Shown here: one piece after another, positions 29,625-39,998 of the stretch
Numbering within the stretch: the stretch's first letter is position 1
Layout: every line of letters begins with the position of its first letter
Assembly (NCBI GenBank): GCA_965215275.1
Contig: OZ244044.1
Coordinates: 1-64,000 of the forward strand
Source of the DNA: Thermodesulfobacteriota bacterium
Lineage (GTDB): Bacteria > Desulfobacterota_D > UBA1144 > Nemesobacterales > JAJCZQ01
Direction of reading: 5' to 3'
DNA length: 64,000 nt
Notes under the pieces: model-generated
The model's input: only the letters and a program-made list of their open reading frames with translations
What the model was told of the DNA's origin: nothing
Databases searched by the model: none
Program-made: the position numbers and the translations under genes

Positions 29625-30537
29625 GGGAATTATATATTTAATTACTCAAGAAATCAAAATTACCTGACGGAAGAGTTATGTTATGGCAGTCAAGGGATTT
29701 AGAGGTAACGCAGAATACGGCCTGGTTTTCAGCGCACAGGATAAGAAAAGCGTTTGAAGGGCGGTCGGATAATGCTTTGCTCTCTCCAACAGAGATGGAT
29801 GAGACCCGTGCGGGCGAATCGTTAAAGAACAAACGTGCAAGCAAGAAGACAGAAGGGACACAGGGCAGAAGGACCAGGTCAGCAGTAGCAGGAATCAAGT
29901 CAGGGGCAGACAGGAAGATCAAGACAAGGGTAACTGAAACCATTAAGAAGGAAGAACTGCAGAATATGATAAAAGAGACGGTTACGGACGGGTCAACGGT
30001 TTACAAGGATGATAATCCAGGATATAATGGATTGAGTAAAAAGGGATATGCTCACGAGAGAGTAAATCACAGCGTGGGAGAGTATATAAAAGGTCGAGCA
30101 CGTACCAACCGCCGGATAGAAAGTTTCCGGTCTGCGTTCAAGAGGGGATATACCGGAACTTACCACACTATATGAGCAGGAAACACCTGCAACGCTACGT
30201 TGACGAGTACGCGGGCAGACACAATAACGGACCATTAACTACTGTGGATCAGATCGCAAAGGTCATAAAAGGATCGTCAGGCAAGCGTCTCAGATACGAG
30301 GAATTGATCAGATGAACGGATATATTAAGTGAGAGAGAGGATAAATGGGAAGAAAACCAAAATTAATACGGCCTGTTAAAGTTTCCATGGAAGAGGTAGT
30401 GGATGCTCTGTATTTGCCAAACAAAAGGCTGTTGTAAAGGCAGGAAAACCTAAAAATAAACTAAAAGACAATCAAAAATTAAAAGCTAATGATAACAAGT
30501 AGTTAGATCTTTTTGGGTAATTAAGTATATAGTCCCC
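29625..30537 (+). mobile_element. Internally deleted IS1595-family element, copy A (transposase pseudogene)
   Basis: Imperfect TIRs GGGAATTATATATTTAATTACTC and reverse-complement GGGGACTATATACTTAATTACCC; EMDET, VNHSVGEY, IESF, GTYH motifs; frameshifted tail SRKHLQRYVDEY...GKRLRYEELI. Confidence 0.88.
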
Positions 30538-30556
30538 TTATCTTATTCTAGTTTTT

Positions 30557-31786
30557 TCAGTCTTTCTCCAATGCCAAATTTGCTATCACCCCTGTAATAG
30601 CAGGATTTTGCATCTTGCGAAACCGCTTCCTCATATAACGGTAAAAGTCCCTGATCGCTTCCCTGTATTGACCAAGTTTATATTTGGCAAGTCCCCTGTT
30701 ATTGTAAACATTTGCCGGTCGCGGATTTTTCTCCATTGCTTTGTCAAAATCCCTGATCGCTTCCCTGTATTGACCAAGTTTATATTTGGCAAGTCCCCTG
30801 TTATTGTAAACATTTGCCGGTCGCGGATTTTTCTCCATTGCTTTGTCAAAGTCCCTGATCGCTTCCCTGTATTGACCAAGTTTATATTTGGCAAGTCCCC
30901 TGTTATTGTAAACATTTGCCGGTCGCGGATTTTTCTCCATTGCTTTGTCAAAATCCCTGATCGCTTCCCTGTATTGTCCAAGTATGACTTTGGCAGAACC
31001 TCTGTTATTGTATGCTTTTGCTAATCGCGGATTTTTCTCCATTGCTTTGTCAAAATCCCTGATCGCTTCCCTGTATTGTCCAAGTATGATTTTGGCAGAA
31101 CCTCTGCTATTGTAAGCTAGTGCTAATTTTTGCCGTGGATTTTTCTCTATTGCTTTGTCAAAATCCTTGATCGCTTCCCTGTATTGTCCAAGATTATATT
31201 TGGAAAGTGCTTTGTCATAGTAGTCCGCTACGAATTTCGGATTAATCTCTATGGCCTTGCCAAAATCTTTAATTGCTTCCTTGTGTTGACCAAATCTGTT
31301 TTTGGCAAGCCCTCTGTCATAGTAACATCTTATTAATTGCGGATAGACTTCTATTACTTTGTCAAACTCCTTAATTGCTTCCTTGTGTTGACCAAATCTG
31401 TTTTTGAATATCCCTCTGCGGTAGTCGAGTGCTGCATCTTGCGGCATAACCCCTATGGCCTTGTCAAAGTCCTCGGCCGCTTCCCCGTGTTGCCCAAGTT
31501 CGTTTTTGGCAAGCCCTCTGCGGTAGTAGATTTCTGTATCTTGAGGGGGGGGGGATTTGCTCCCTATGGCTTTGTCAAAGTCCTTGATCGCTTCCCTGTG
31601 TTTCCCAAGTTCACTTTTGGCAAGCCCTCTGTGATAGTAAGCTCTTGCAAATCGGGGATCAAGATGGACCGCCTCATCCAGATCATCAATGGCTTTTACG
31701 ACCTCTCCTTTGTTCAAAAAATCGTTTCCGCGTTCAAGGTATCCTTTTGCATCCTTTGGTTCTGGTAAGGTATTTGATCTGTCCAT
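30557..31786 (-). CDS. Tetratricopeptide repeat protein (start MDRSNT at 31786)
   Basis: TPR units including near-identical 102-bp tandem copies; paralog of 19307 and 20505. Confidence 0.92.
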   Translation of the reverse strand: MDRSNTLPEPKDAKGYLERGNDFLNKGEVVKAIDDLDEAVHLDPRFARAYYHRGLAKSELGKHREAIKDFDKAIGSKSPPPQDTEIYYRRGLAKNELGQHGEAAEDFDKAIGVMPQDAALDYRRGIFKNRFGQHKEAIKEFDKVIEVYPQLIRCYYDRGLAKNRFGQHKEAIKDFGKAIEINPKFVADYYDKALSKYNLGQYREAIKDFDKAIEKNPRQKLALAYNSRGSAKIILGQYREAIRDFDKAMEKNPRLAKAYNNRGSAKVILGQYREAIRDFDKAMEKNPRPANVYNNRGLAKYKLGQYREAIRDFDKAMEKNPRPANVYNNRGLAKYKLGQYREAIRDFDKAMEKNPRPANVYNNRGLAKYKLGQYREAIRDFYRYMRKRFRKMQNPAITGVIANLALEKD

Positions 31787-31799
31787 GTTTATCATCCAA

Positions 31800-32865
31800 C
31801 CTGCCTTTACAACAGCCTTTTGTTTGGCAAATACAGAGCATCCACTACCTCTTCCATGGAAACTTTAACAGGCCGTATTAATTTTGGTTTTCTTCCCATT
31901 TATCCTCTCTCTCACTTAATATATCCGTTCATCTGATCAATTCCTCGTATCTGAGACGCTTGCCTGACGATCCTTTTATGACCTTTGCGATCTGATCCAC
32001 AGTAGTTAATGGTCCGTTATTGTGTCTGCCCGCGTACTCGTCAACGTAGCGTTGCAGGTGTTTCCTGCTCATATAGTGTGGTAAGTTCCGGTATATCCCC
32101 TCTTGAACGCAGACCGGAAACTTTCTATCCGGCGGTTGGTACGTGCTCGACCTTTTATATACTCTCCCACGCTGTGATTTACTCTCTCGTGAGCATATCC
32201 CTTTTTACTCAATCCATTATATCCTGGATTATCATCCTTGTAAACCGTTGACCCGTCCGTAACCGTCTCTTTTATCATATTCTGCAGTTCTTCCTTCTTA
32301 ATGGTTTCAGTTACCCTTGTCTTGATCTTCCTGTCTGCCCCTGACTTGATTCCTGCTACTGCTGACCTGGTCCTTCTGCCCTGTGTCCCTTCTGTCTTCT
32401 TGCTTGCACGTTTGTTCTTTAACGATTCGCCCGCACGGGTCTCATCCATCTCTGTTGGAGAGAGCAAAGCATTATCCGACCGCCCTTCAAACGCTTTTCT
32501 TATCCTGTGCGCTGAAAACCAGGCCGTATTCTGCGTTACCTCTAAATCCCTTGATAGTTTCAAACCTGAAACTCCTTTCAGATCGGTCGTTAACAAGTAA
32601 ACGGACGCAAACCAAATCTGGAACGGTAATTTGCCTTGCTCCAATATCGTCCCCTGTCCTACGCTAAATCTCTTTCTGCAATCCTTACATCTGTACGGCG
32701 TTGCACGTTCAGCCCTTACCGTCCTCATGCTTCCACAGTGAGGACAGAACCTGTCCTTCTCATCTTTACCCCATAATCTTTCTGAAAGGTAATTCCTTGC
32801 TGATCCCTCATCCGGAAACTTCTTAAAAAAACTTGTAAAAACTTACCTTGTTTTTTTCCTCTCAT
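31800..32865 (-). mobile_element. IS1595-family transposase pseudogene, copy B, inverted relative to copy A
   Basis: CPHC...CKDC zinc ribbon plus DDE region; 31800-32554 is the reverse complement of 29690-30444; frameshifts near both ends. Confidence 0.88.
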
Positions 32866-33330
32866 CTATGGTTAATATACTTCCATAATATCACTCCTCT
32901 ATCAAGTTGTCTTTATGTTAAACAAACAAGAACACATAGCCGGAGTGAAAACTGGTCGCAGAAAGGCTTATCTGTGCAGTTCAACTCACAAGAAGTCAGA
33001 TGAGTGTCTAGATATTCATACTTGTTGTATTCAATAGTGCTTTGCAAGAAAGAATAGTTGATCACAGGGAGATGAAAAGGCCGTATAGAGAAGTAACTCC
33101 CGTTAGCTGGAAGTATAAAACAAATTACTATGATCAGCAGAACAGGTTATATCGTTCATTCCCTTATGTTCTCCCCGGCCTTTTCAATCAAGTACAGGTA
33201 TCCGGACATAGTCTTTATGTTCAGTTCTGTTAATTCCCCTTCAACCCTTCTATCTCCCAAGACCTTAAAGACGGAGATTGCAGGTTCCTGCGTCTCATCG
33301 CCGTCTGGAAGAACCTGCTCGGCAGGGACA

Positions 33331-34011
33331 TTAGTTAACGTCGACTATTTTCCCATCCGACAGCGTTATCCTCTTGCTCAATCTGTCAATTGTCCTGAAG
33401 TTCTGGACGATCACAAGTGTAATGCCTTTTTCCTCGTTCAATCCTAAAAGGAGGTCGATTATGCCCATCCCCGTTTTAATGTCCAGGTTACCCGCCGGTT
33501 CATCTGCAAGCACTGCCTTCGGACCTAGAACGACAGACCTTGCAATTGCGACTCTCTGCTGCTCACCACCGGACAGTTCACCTGGCTTATGGCCTAATCT
33601 GTTTGCCAGACCAACCCTTTCCAGCGCGGCGGCGGACGTTTCCTCTGCCGTTCTGTTTTCCATTCCGTTCACCAGACAGTGTACCATAACGTTTTCCAAG
33701 GCATTTAGGTCCGGAAGAAGATAGGGGAACTGAAATATGAACCCTATCTTCTCGTTCCTGATCCGTGACAGGTTCTTGTCATCATGCTTAAAGACGTCAA
33801 TCCCATCAAACAATACCCTGCCCTCCGTTGGCCTCTTTAAAGTTCCCAGGATGCACAACAAGGTGCTTTTGCCAGACCCTGAATACCCCCGTATACCAAC
33901 AGTTTCACCATCGCGTATATTAAAGGTTACTCCCCTTAAAACTTCAACTGTATTGTTTTTATTTGACAAGGTCTTATAAACGCACTCAACCTCAAATATG
34001 TTTTTCATCAT
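33331..34011 (-). CDS. LolD-like ABC ATP-binding protein, orphan copy 2
   Basis: Paralog of 18008-18691; GYSGSGKST, LSGGEQQR, LADEP; H-loop altered (IVQN). Confidence 0.82.
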   Translation of the reverse strand: MMKNIFEVECVYKTLSNKNNTVEVLRGVTFNIRDGETVGIRGYSGSGKSTLLCILGTLKRPTEGRVLFDGIDVFKHDDKNLSRIRNEKIGFIFQFPYLLPDLNALENVMVHCLVNGMENRTAEETSAAALERVGLANRLGHKPGELSGGEQQRVAIARSVVLGPKAVLADEPAGNLDIKTGMGIIDLLLGLNEEKGITLVIVQNFRTIDRLSKRITLSDGKIVDVN

Positions 34012-34094
34012 TCATTAATATATTAGGACTTTAACCGGATCTTTGCAGACGTTCAAAAAAAAGAATTATAGTGAATAGTTGTCAAACCTCAAGC

Positions 34095-34268
34095 TACTTC
34101 TCTTTTTCCCTTCTATCTTTATCTTCATCAACTTCTTCGTCATAAAATCTTGGTTCAAAATCGGTTTTGCCCATTAATATCTTAACAATGTCGTCAAATA
34201 CTATCTCGTTCATTTCAGGATTTTTTCCCTGCTTTTTATACCATTCAAATTTACTCTTCTTTGTCATT
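34095..34268 (-). CDS. Small hypothetical ORF (about 57 aa), possibly an IS passenger
   Basis: Manual translation MTKKSKFEWYKKQGKNPEMNEIVFDDIVKILMG...; below the ORF-track cutoff. Confidence 0.35.
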
Positions 34269-34777
34269 ATAAGTTCCTGTTTCTTTCATATTCATATTTA
34301 TCAAAATACCTCTTGTATTCTAAATATTCACTTGTTTCCTCGTAGTTATTTTCTTGGTCGTAATTTGGAATAATCAAATAATTTTCCAGATCAAACTCTT
34401 TGACGTCAGACCCTGAACGGTTGACAGGCTGTATTTTACCTTTATTATTATCAGTGGGAACTGAATACCGTCAATTACAGTGAACGGGAAAAAAAAGGGA
34501 ATGATCCGTGCGTCCTGAATATCATTGTCATTGCAGGAAAGGAAAGAAAAGGAAATTACACTTGACATTCGTTCATAATACGAAGTAAAATATCAGTGTT
34601 ATGAAAAATTTCATGAAAAGATCAAACATAAAAACAAAAACACGTAGTTCCATTACCCCCCCCCGTGTATACCTGACCTTTCAGCCTGGTATAAGTATTC
34701 TGTAAGAACAATGTTTAAGATAATCCCCCCCCCCATCCAGGTCATTACTGACTTTAGTCTTTATTCTACTGAGTATA

Positions 34778-37700
34778 ATGGTCATAGCTGCAAAAGGGCA
34801 GAGCAGCCTGGAAGGACCATTATCTGAATGCAGAGGTAACAGTGCAGACGTGGAAGATCCGTTATACGGATGTCAGTGGCATCTGAAGAACACTGGACAG
34901 TTTATTTATTCAGGAAAGGAAATAACTGCAGGAGAAGATATAAATATAGAGGGAGTGTGGAACGATGACGTATACGGTTCCGGAATTAATATAGCAATAG
35001 TAAGTGACGGTATGGACCTTTCACATGAGGACCTTTCTGCAAACGTCCGTTCCGGACTGAACTATGATCATTCTGGAAAAAACAATTCTGAAGAAAACAG
35101 TTCAGAAAGCGTTGATCTGTCTGACGGTTCATCCTTTAGTGGAACACGAGCGGCAGGTGTAATTGCAGCAACTGGATATAACGGACTGGGAGTAAGAGGA
35201 ACAGCACCTGGTGCGAGTATATACAGTTACAGGTTATCCGGTGATCTCAGTGAAGCGGACGCAGGGGACGCAAAGGAAATAACCGCTGTATCGGTTAACG
35301 ACTGGGGACCGGAAGATAAATACTTACTTGTTCAGGCATCAACTGTGTGGGAAGAAGGATTGGAACTTGGAATAAGTAAAGGGTTTTACGGTAAAGGAGT
35401 GTTTTACGTCCGGGGAGCAGGGGACGGGCATGAGAATAACGATCAGGCTAATTTTTCTGAATATTCTAATTACTACGGCGTAACTGCCGTGTGTTCAACA
35501 GACGGCTTTGGAAAAAAGAGTATATTTTCAGAAGAGGGAGTAAATCTATGGGTATGTGCACCTGGTTCTGATATTGTAACTACTGATAACAATAACGATT
35601 ACGTTGTAACATCCGGAACTGTCCTATCAGCTTCACAGGCTGGAGGAGTGGCAGCACTGCTGAGAGAGGTGAATGGAAATCTGAGCTGGAGGGATATAAA
35701 GCTTATACTTGCGGGTTCAGCACGGCAGAACGACGTTTCTGACCTTATCTGGGAGACTGGAGCATTTAAATACGGCTCTGACGTGGAAAGATATAAATAT
35801 AATCCTAAGTATGGTTTTGGAGTGGTAGACGCGGAAGCAGCGGCAGAGCTTGCAGAAAGCTGGAAAGGCGTTGGTGAGATGAGGACCGTTACAGCCTTTT
35901 CAGATAATGAGATAACAATTCCTTATGGAGAAGGGAATGGAGAAGGAGAGGCAGACGGGGTCGCTGTCTCAGGACTTATTATCCCTGACCTTGAAGAAAC
36001 AACGTTTACGGAGTTCGTTGAAGTTGAACTTGTTCTCTCGTGTGACTGCTTACAGGACCTCAATATAAATATAACCTCTCCTTCCGGGACAGTATCTGAA
36101 CTTGTGCGGGAGGTTGTAAGTGGACCTTCGGATGAAAAAGAAAAGAACTGCGTCAGTTACCTGAGAAGAACACATCGTTTCGGGTCGGCAAGACACCTCG
36201 GAGAAGACCCTTCCGGAGAATGGATCCTTCATATAACTGATACTGCTTATGGAGATGAAGAAAATGAAGAAAACACCGTTACCCTGCACTCATGGAGCGT
36301 TAAGGTGTATGGACATTTTTATCAGGGATCTGGCAGTGAGATCACTCCTAAAGCTTTAACCTTCGGCGGTGCGACGATCCCAACCCAGAATTATTTTGTA
36401 GGAGAAGCAATAACACCAGTAATGCTGCCTGAGGCAACCGGGGCAAGCGACATAACATACAGTTTTAATCCTGCTTTAGCAAGAGGATTGGAATTTGATC
36501 AGGATACCCGAACTATAAGCGGAACACCAGCTATTACTCATGTGTCAGGTCGTTTGTATTCATATGTTGCAAGAGGTGGCGGACGGGTTGTAACTATAGC
36601 TTTTACTATTAGAATTAGCCCTCGACGAGTGCCGATCTTCGGCAATCAGACGGTAGAAGATCAGGTGTGGGGTAACGGCAGAGCAGTAACGTTAACTCTG
36701 CCTCAGGCTACCGGAGGTAACGGAACTTTAAATTACAGTTTAACTCCTGCTTTATCTTCTATTGGATTGAGTTTTAACAGTTCCACTCGGCAGATAACCG
36801 GAACGACCAACGTCAGTGGACAACTACCCGTAACTACTACTTATACTTATAAGGTAACTGATGATGACGGAGACACGGATACTCGCACCTTCTCTATTAC
36901 TATAGAAGCGAACTCAGAGCCGAGCTTTGGAGGTCAGACTATCCCGAATCAGATATATATTCAAGGGACAACGGCAGGTCTTCCGGTAACGCTTCCTGCT
37001 GCCACTGGTGGTAATTCTCCACTTGTTTATAGTATCTCTCCTGCTTTACCTAATGTATTGAGTTTTAATCCTGATACCCGAGTGATAAGTGGAACTCCAA
37101 TTCAACATATACCTATACCAGTAACTTATACATATAAGGTAACGGACAATGACGGAGATACAGACGAGTTAACATTCAGTATCACAGTAAGAGCAGAACC
37201 CAACACAATGCCGACCTTCGGCAGTGAGACCATAGAAAATAAAGTGTATATAAACGGAGAAGCAGTAATGGAAACACTGCCAGAGGCAACGTCAGGGAAT
37301 GCACCATTAACTTACAGTTTAAATAGGGGTAATAGTGCTTTATTTAAGGAATTGATATTTACTGCATCTACCAGAGAGTTAAGTGGGACACCCAACCTTG
37401 ATGCACGAATACTTCCTATAACTAAGGCTTTTACATATAAAGTAACAGACAATGATGGAGATACAGCAGAGATAACGTTCAGTATAACGATAGAAGAAGA
37501 CAGCGAACCGGACTTCAGCGTGACGACGATAGAAGATCAGGTGTACATGGGGAGATCAATAAGGTTGCCGGTAGCAACGGGAGGGAATGCACCGTTAGTA
37601 TACAGTATAACGCCTCCCTTACCTCCTGGGTTGAGATTGGACAGAAACACAGGGGAAATAAGCGGGACGCCCGCGAGTGCGTCGTCTGAGAGGACCTACA

Positions 37701-37933
37701 CGTACACGGTAACGGACAGGAATGGAGACATTAAAGAGTTGACCTTCAGGTTCAGTGCAGCGGCTCCGCCACCGACAGGTAGTGATCCAGGCGGAGGTGG
37801 AGGAGGATGTGCTGTATCAGATCAGAGCAGTGTTGCTTATGATATTCTCGGAGTAATGGCATGTCTGATGCTTATACCCGTGTCGGTATTGATCAGAAGG
37901 AAGGGAAGAGCTCGGATAAGGACCTGGCAATGA
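34778..37933 (+). CDS. S8 subtilase-like (kexin-type, P-domain) protein with putative Ig repeats and C-terminal Gly-rich-Cys/TM sorting signal; catalytic residues substituted
   Basis: DPLYGCQWHL, LSWRDIKLIL, YGFGVVDA, P-domain GEDPSGEW; about 5 repeats with LPxATGG/ISGTP/YTYKVTD; GGGGGGC, then TM helix, then basic tail. Confidence 0.85.
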   Translation: MVIAAKGQSSLEGPLSECRGNSADVEDPLYGCQWHLKNTGQFIYSGKEITAGEDINIEGVWNDDVYGSGINIAIVSDGMDLSHEDLSANVRSGLNYDHSGKNNSEENSSESVDLSDGSSFSGTRAAGVIAATGYNGLGVRGTAPGASIYSYRLSGDLSEADAGDAKEITAVSVNDWGPEDKYLLVQASTVWEEGLELGISKGFYGKGVFYVRGAGDGHENNDQANFSEYSNYYGVTAVCSTDGFGKKSIFSEEGVNLWVCAPGSDIVTTDNNNDYVVTSGTVLSASQAGGVAALLREVNGNLSWRDIKLILAGSARQNDVSDLIWETGAFKYGSDVERYKYNPKYGFGVVDAEAAAELAESWKGVGEMRTVTAFSDNEITIPYGEGNGEGEADGVAVSGLIIPDLEETTFTEFVEVELVLSCDCLQDLNINITSPSGTVSELVREVVSGPSDEKEKNCVSYLRRTHRFGSARHLGEDPSGEWILHITDTAYGDEENEENTVTLHSWSVKVYGHFYQGSGSEITPKALTFGGATIPTQNYFVGEAITPVMLPEATGASDITYSFNPALARGLEFDQDTRTISGTPAITHVSGRLYSYVARGGGRVVTIAFTIRISPRRVPIFGNQTVEDQVWGNGRAVTLTLPQATGGNGTLNYSLTPALSSIGLSFNSSTRQITGTTNVSGQLPVTTTYTYKVTDDDGDTDTRTFSITIEANSEPSFGGQTIPNQIYIQGTTAGLPVTLPAATGGNSPLVYSISPALPNVLSFNPDTRVISGTPIQHIPIPVTYTYKVTDNDGDTDELTFSITVRAEPNTMPTFGSETIENKVYINGEAVMETLPEATSGNAPLTYSLNRGNSALFKELIFTASTRELSGTPNLDARILPITKAFTYKVTDNDGDTAEITFSITIEEDSEPDFSVTTIEDQVYMGRSIRLPVATGGNAPLVYSITPPLPPGLRLDRNTGEISGTPASASSERTYTYTVTDRNGDIKELTFRFSAAAPPPTGSDPGGGGGGCAVSDQSSVAYDILGVMACLMLIPVSVLIRRKGRARIRTWQ

Positions 37934-38472
37934 GGTCCTTTCAGGGACGTTCATGATAGAGGACCGCGTAATGGTCCTCCCCTGTACCCGTCCGCTTAAG
38001 GTAAAGGCAGCGTTACCGCGCACTGGACCGTCCCTGTATTCTGATGAGACGACGGGAGAAGCAGAGGAAGGCATCAGCACGGGTGATCTTCCGAACGTTC
38101 CGTTTACTGAGGTATGTTATTCTCTAAATTGAATAGTAATAAGTTCACATTGTCAGGACTTATAAAAGAAAACAAAAAAACTCAGCTATTATTATAAGGG
38201 TTAAACATAATATAGTAGCTGCTAAATTATCTAATCTCTAATTCTGGGGCAAATGGTATATGATTCCTATATTTAATTGGGTAGAATAGCAATTTTTATA
38301 ACTTATATAAATTTTTACCGTTTGTATGAAGAAATCTTGAAAAAATGTTTTGACAAATACAAAAGAAGTGATAAAAATAAACAGTTTACATTTCAGATCA
38401 AAGATAAAGGTCGTCAGGAAAAAGGAGCAGGTAAACTCAGGGTAAGTTATAAGCAGGAGGAGGGAGTAATTA

Positions 38473-39657
38473 ATGTCAAAGGAGAAATTTGAGCGAGGAA
38501 AGCCTCATCTGAACGTTGGGACGATAGGGCACGTGGATCATGGGAAGACGACGTTAACGGCGGCAATAACAAAGGTATTGAGCAAGCAGGGGCAGGCGGA
38601 GTACGTGGAGTTCGGGGACATAGACAAGGCGCCGGAGGAAAGGGAGAGAGGGATAACGATAAGCATAGCGCACGTGGAATACGAGACGGACGGCAGGCAT
38701 TACGCACACGTGGACTGTCCGGGACATGCGGACTACGTGAAGAACATGATAACGGGAGCGGCCCAGATGGACGGAGCAATACTTGTGGTAAGTGCACCTG
38801 ATGGACCGATGCCGCAGACAAGGGAGCATATACTGCTTGCTAAGCAGGTAGGAGTGCCGTATATAGTGGTGGCACTGAACAAGGTGGACATGCTGGACGA
38901 TGAGGAGCTACAGGACCTGGTGGAGCTTGAGGTAAGGGAACTGCTGAGCCAGTACGAGTTCCCCGGGGACGATGTACCCGTGGTAAAGGTGAGCGCGTTA
39001 AAGGCACTGGAAGGGGACGAGGGTTGTGAAGGACAGATAAAGGAACTTATGGGGGAGGTAGACAGATACATACCTGAGCCTGAGAGGGACCTTGACAGGC
39101 CGTTCCTGATGGCGATAGAGGACGTGTTCACGATATCAGGGAGGGGGACAGTGGTAACGGGAAGAGTAGAGCGAGGGAATATAGTGGCAGGGGACGAGAT
39201 AGAGATAGTAGGATTTAAAGATACGCGCAAGACGGTGGCAACTAGCCTTGAGATGTTCAGGAAGATACTGGACGATGCCCAGGCGGGAGATAACGTGGGA
39301 GTGCTGCTCAGGGGGATAGGTAAGGAAGAAGTGGAGAGAGGGCAGGTACTTGCAGCGCCTGGTGCTATAACGCCGCACAGGCGTTTCAATGCAGAGGTAT
39401 ACGTACTGAAGAAGGAGGAAGGAGGAAGGCACACTCCGTTCTTTCCTGGATACAGGCCGCAGTTTTACTTTAGAACGACGGACGTGACGGGGAGCATAAA
39501 GCTGCCGGAAGGAGTGGAGATGGTGATGCCGGGGGATAATATAAACATGGAAGTGGAACTTATAAGTCCCGTTGCAATGGACGAGCAGTTGAGATTTGCG
39601 ATAAGGGAAGGCGGCAGGACCGTCGGTGCAGGAGTGGTTACTTCCATTACAGAGTAG
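38473..39657 (+). CDS. tuf: Elongation factor Tu
   Basis: [21 protein letters not shown]. Confidence 0.99.
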   Translation: MSKEKFERGKPHLNVGTIGHVDHGKTTLTAAITKVLSKQGQAEYVEFGDIDKAPEERERGITISIAHVEYETDGRHYAHVDCPGHADYVKNMITGAAQMDGAILVVSAPDGPMPQTREHILLAKQVGVPYIVVALNKVDMLDDEELQDLVELEVRELLSQYEFPGDDVPVVKVSALKALEGDEGCEGQIKELMGEVDRYIPEPERDLDRPFLMAIEDVFTISGRGTVVTGRVERGNIVAGDEIEIVGFKDTRKTVATSLEMFRKILDDAQAGDNVGVLLRGIGKEEVERGQVLAAPGAITPHRRFNAEVYVLKKEEGGRHTPFFPGYRPQFYFRTTDVTGSIKLPEGVEMVMPGDNINMEVELISPVAMDEQLRFAIREGGRTVGAGVVTSITE

Positions 39658-39672
39658 CTTTCAGGTATTTAC

Positions 39673-39993
39673 ATGAGCGCAACCGCTAAAATAAGAATAA
39701 AGCTGAAGTCCTTTGATCATAAACTGCTGGACAAGTCCACCGTTGAGATCGTTGATACGGCAAAAAGAACTGGTACAAGAATATCAGGACCCGTTCCGAT
39801 CCCGACCAAGGTAAGCAGGTACTGCATACTGCGTTCTCCTCACGTTAACAAGAACTCAAGGGAGCATTTTGAAATAAGAACGCACAAAAGACTGGTTGAG
39901 ATACTTGAACCGACCCAGCAGACGATCGATGAACTGATGAAACTGGAACTGGCTTCAGGGGTTGAAGTAGAGATCAAACTGACGGGAGTATAA
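39673..39993 (+). CDS. rpsJ: 30S ribosomal protein S10
   Basis: [16 protein letters not shown]. Confidence 0.98.
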   Translation: MSATAKIRIKLKSFDHKLLDKSTVEIVDTAKRTGTRISGPVPIPTKVSRYCILRSPHVNKNSREHFEIRTHKRLVEILEPTQQTIDELMKLELASGVEVEIKLTGV

Positions 39994-39998
39994 CTTTC

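Noticed and set aside
29617..30545. Target-site duplication around IS copy A
   Set aside because: Flanks TAGTTTAA and TTATCTTA do not match.
30557..31786. Diversity-generating retroelement as the cause of TPR variation
   Set aside because: No reverse transcriptase in the window, and the variation is not visibly adenine-specific.
38733..39434. Long antisense ORFs over tuf, TPR genes, aceB and mqnC
   Set aside because: Shadows of well-supported genes on the opposite strand.
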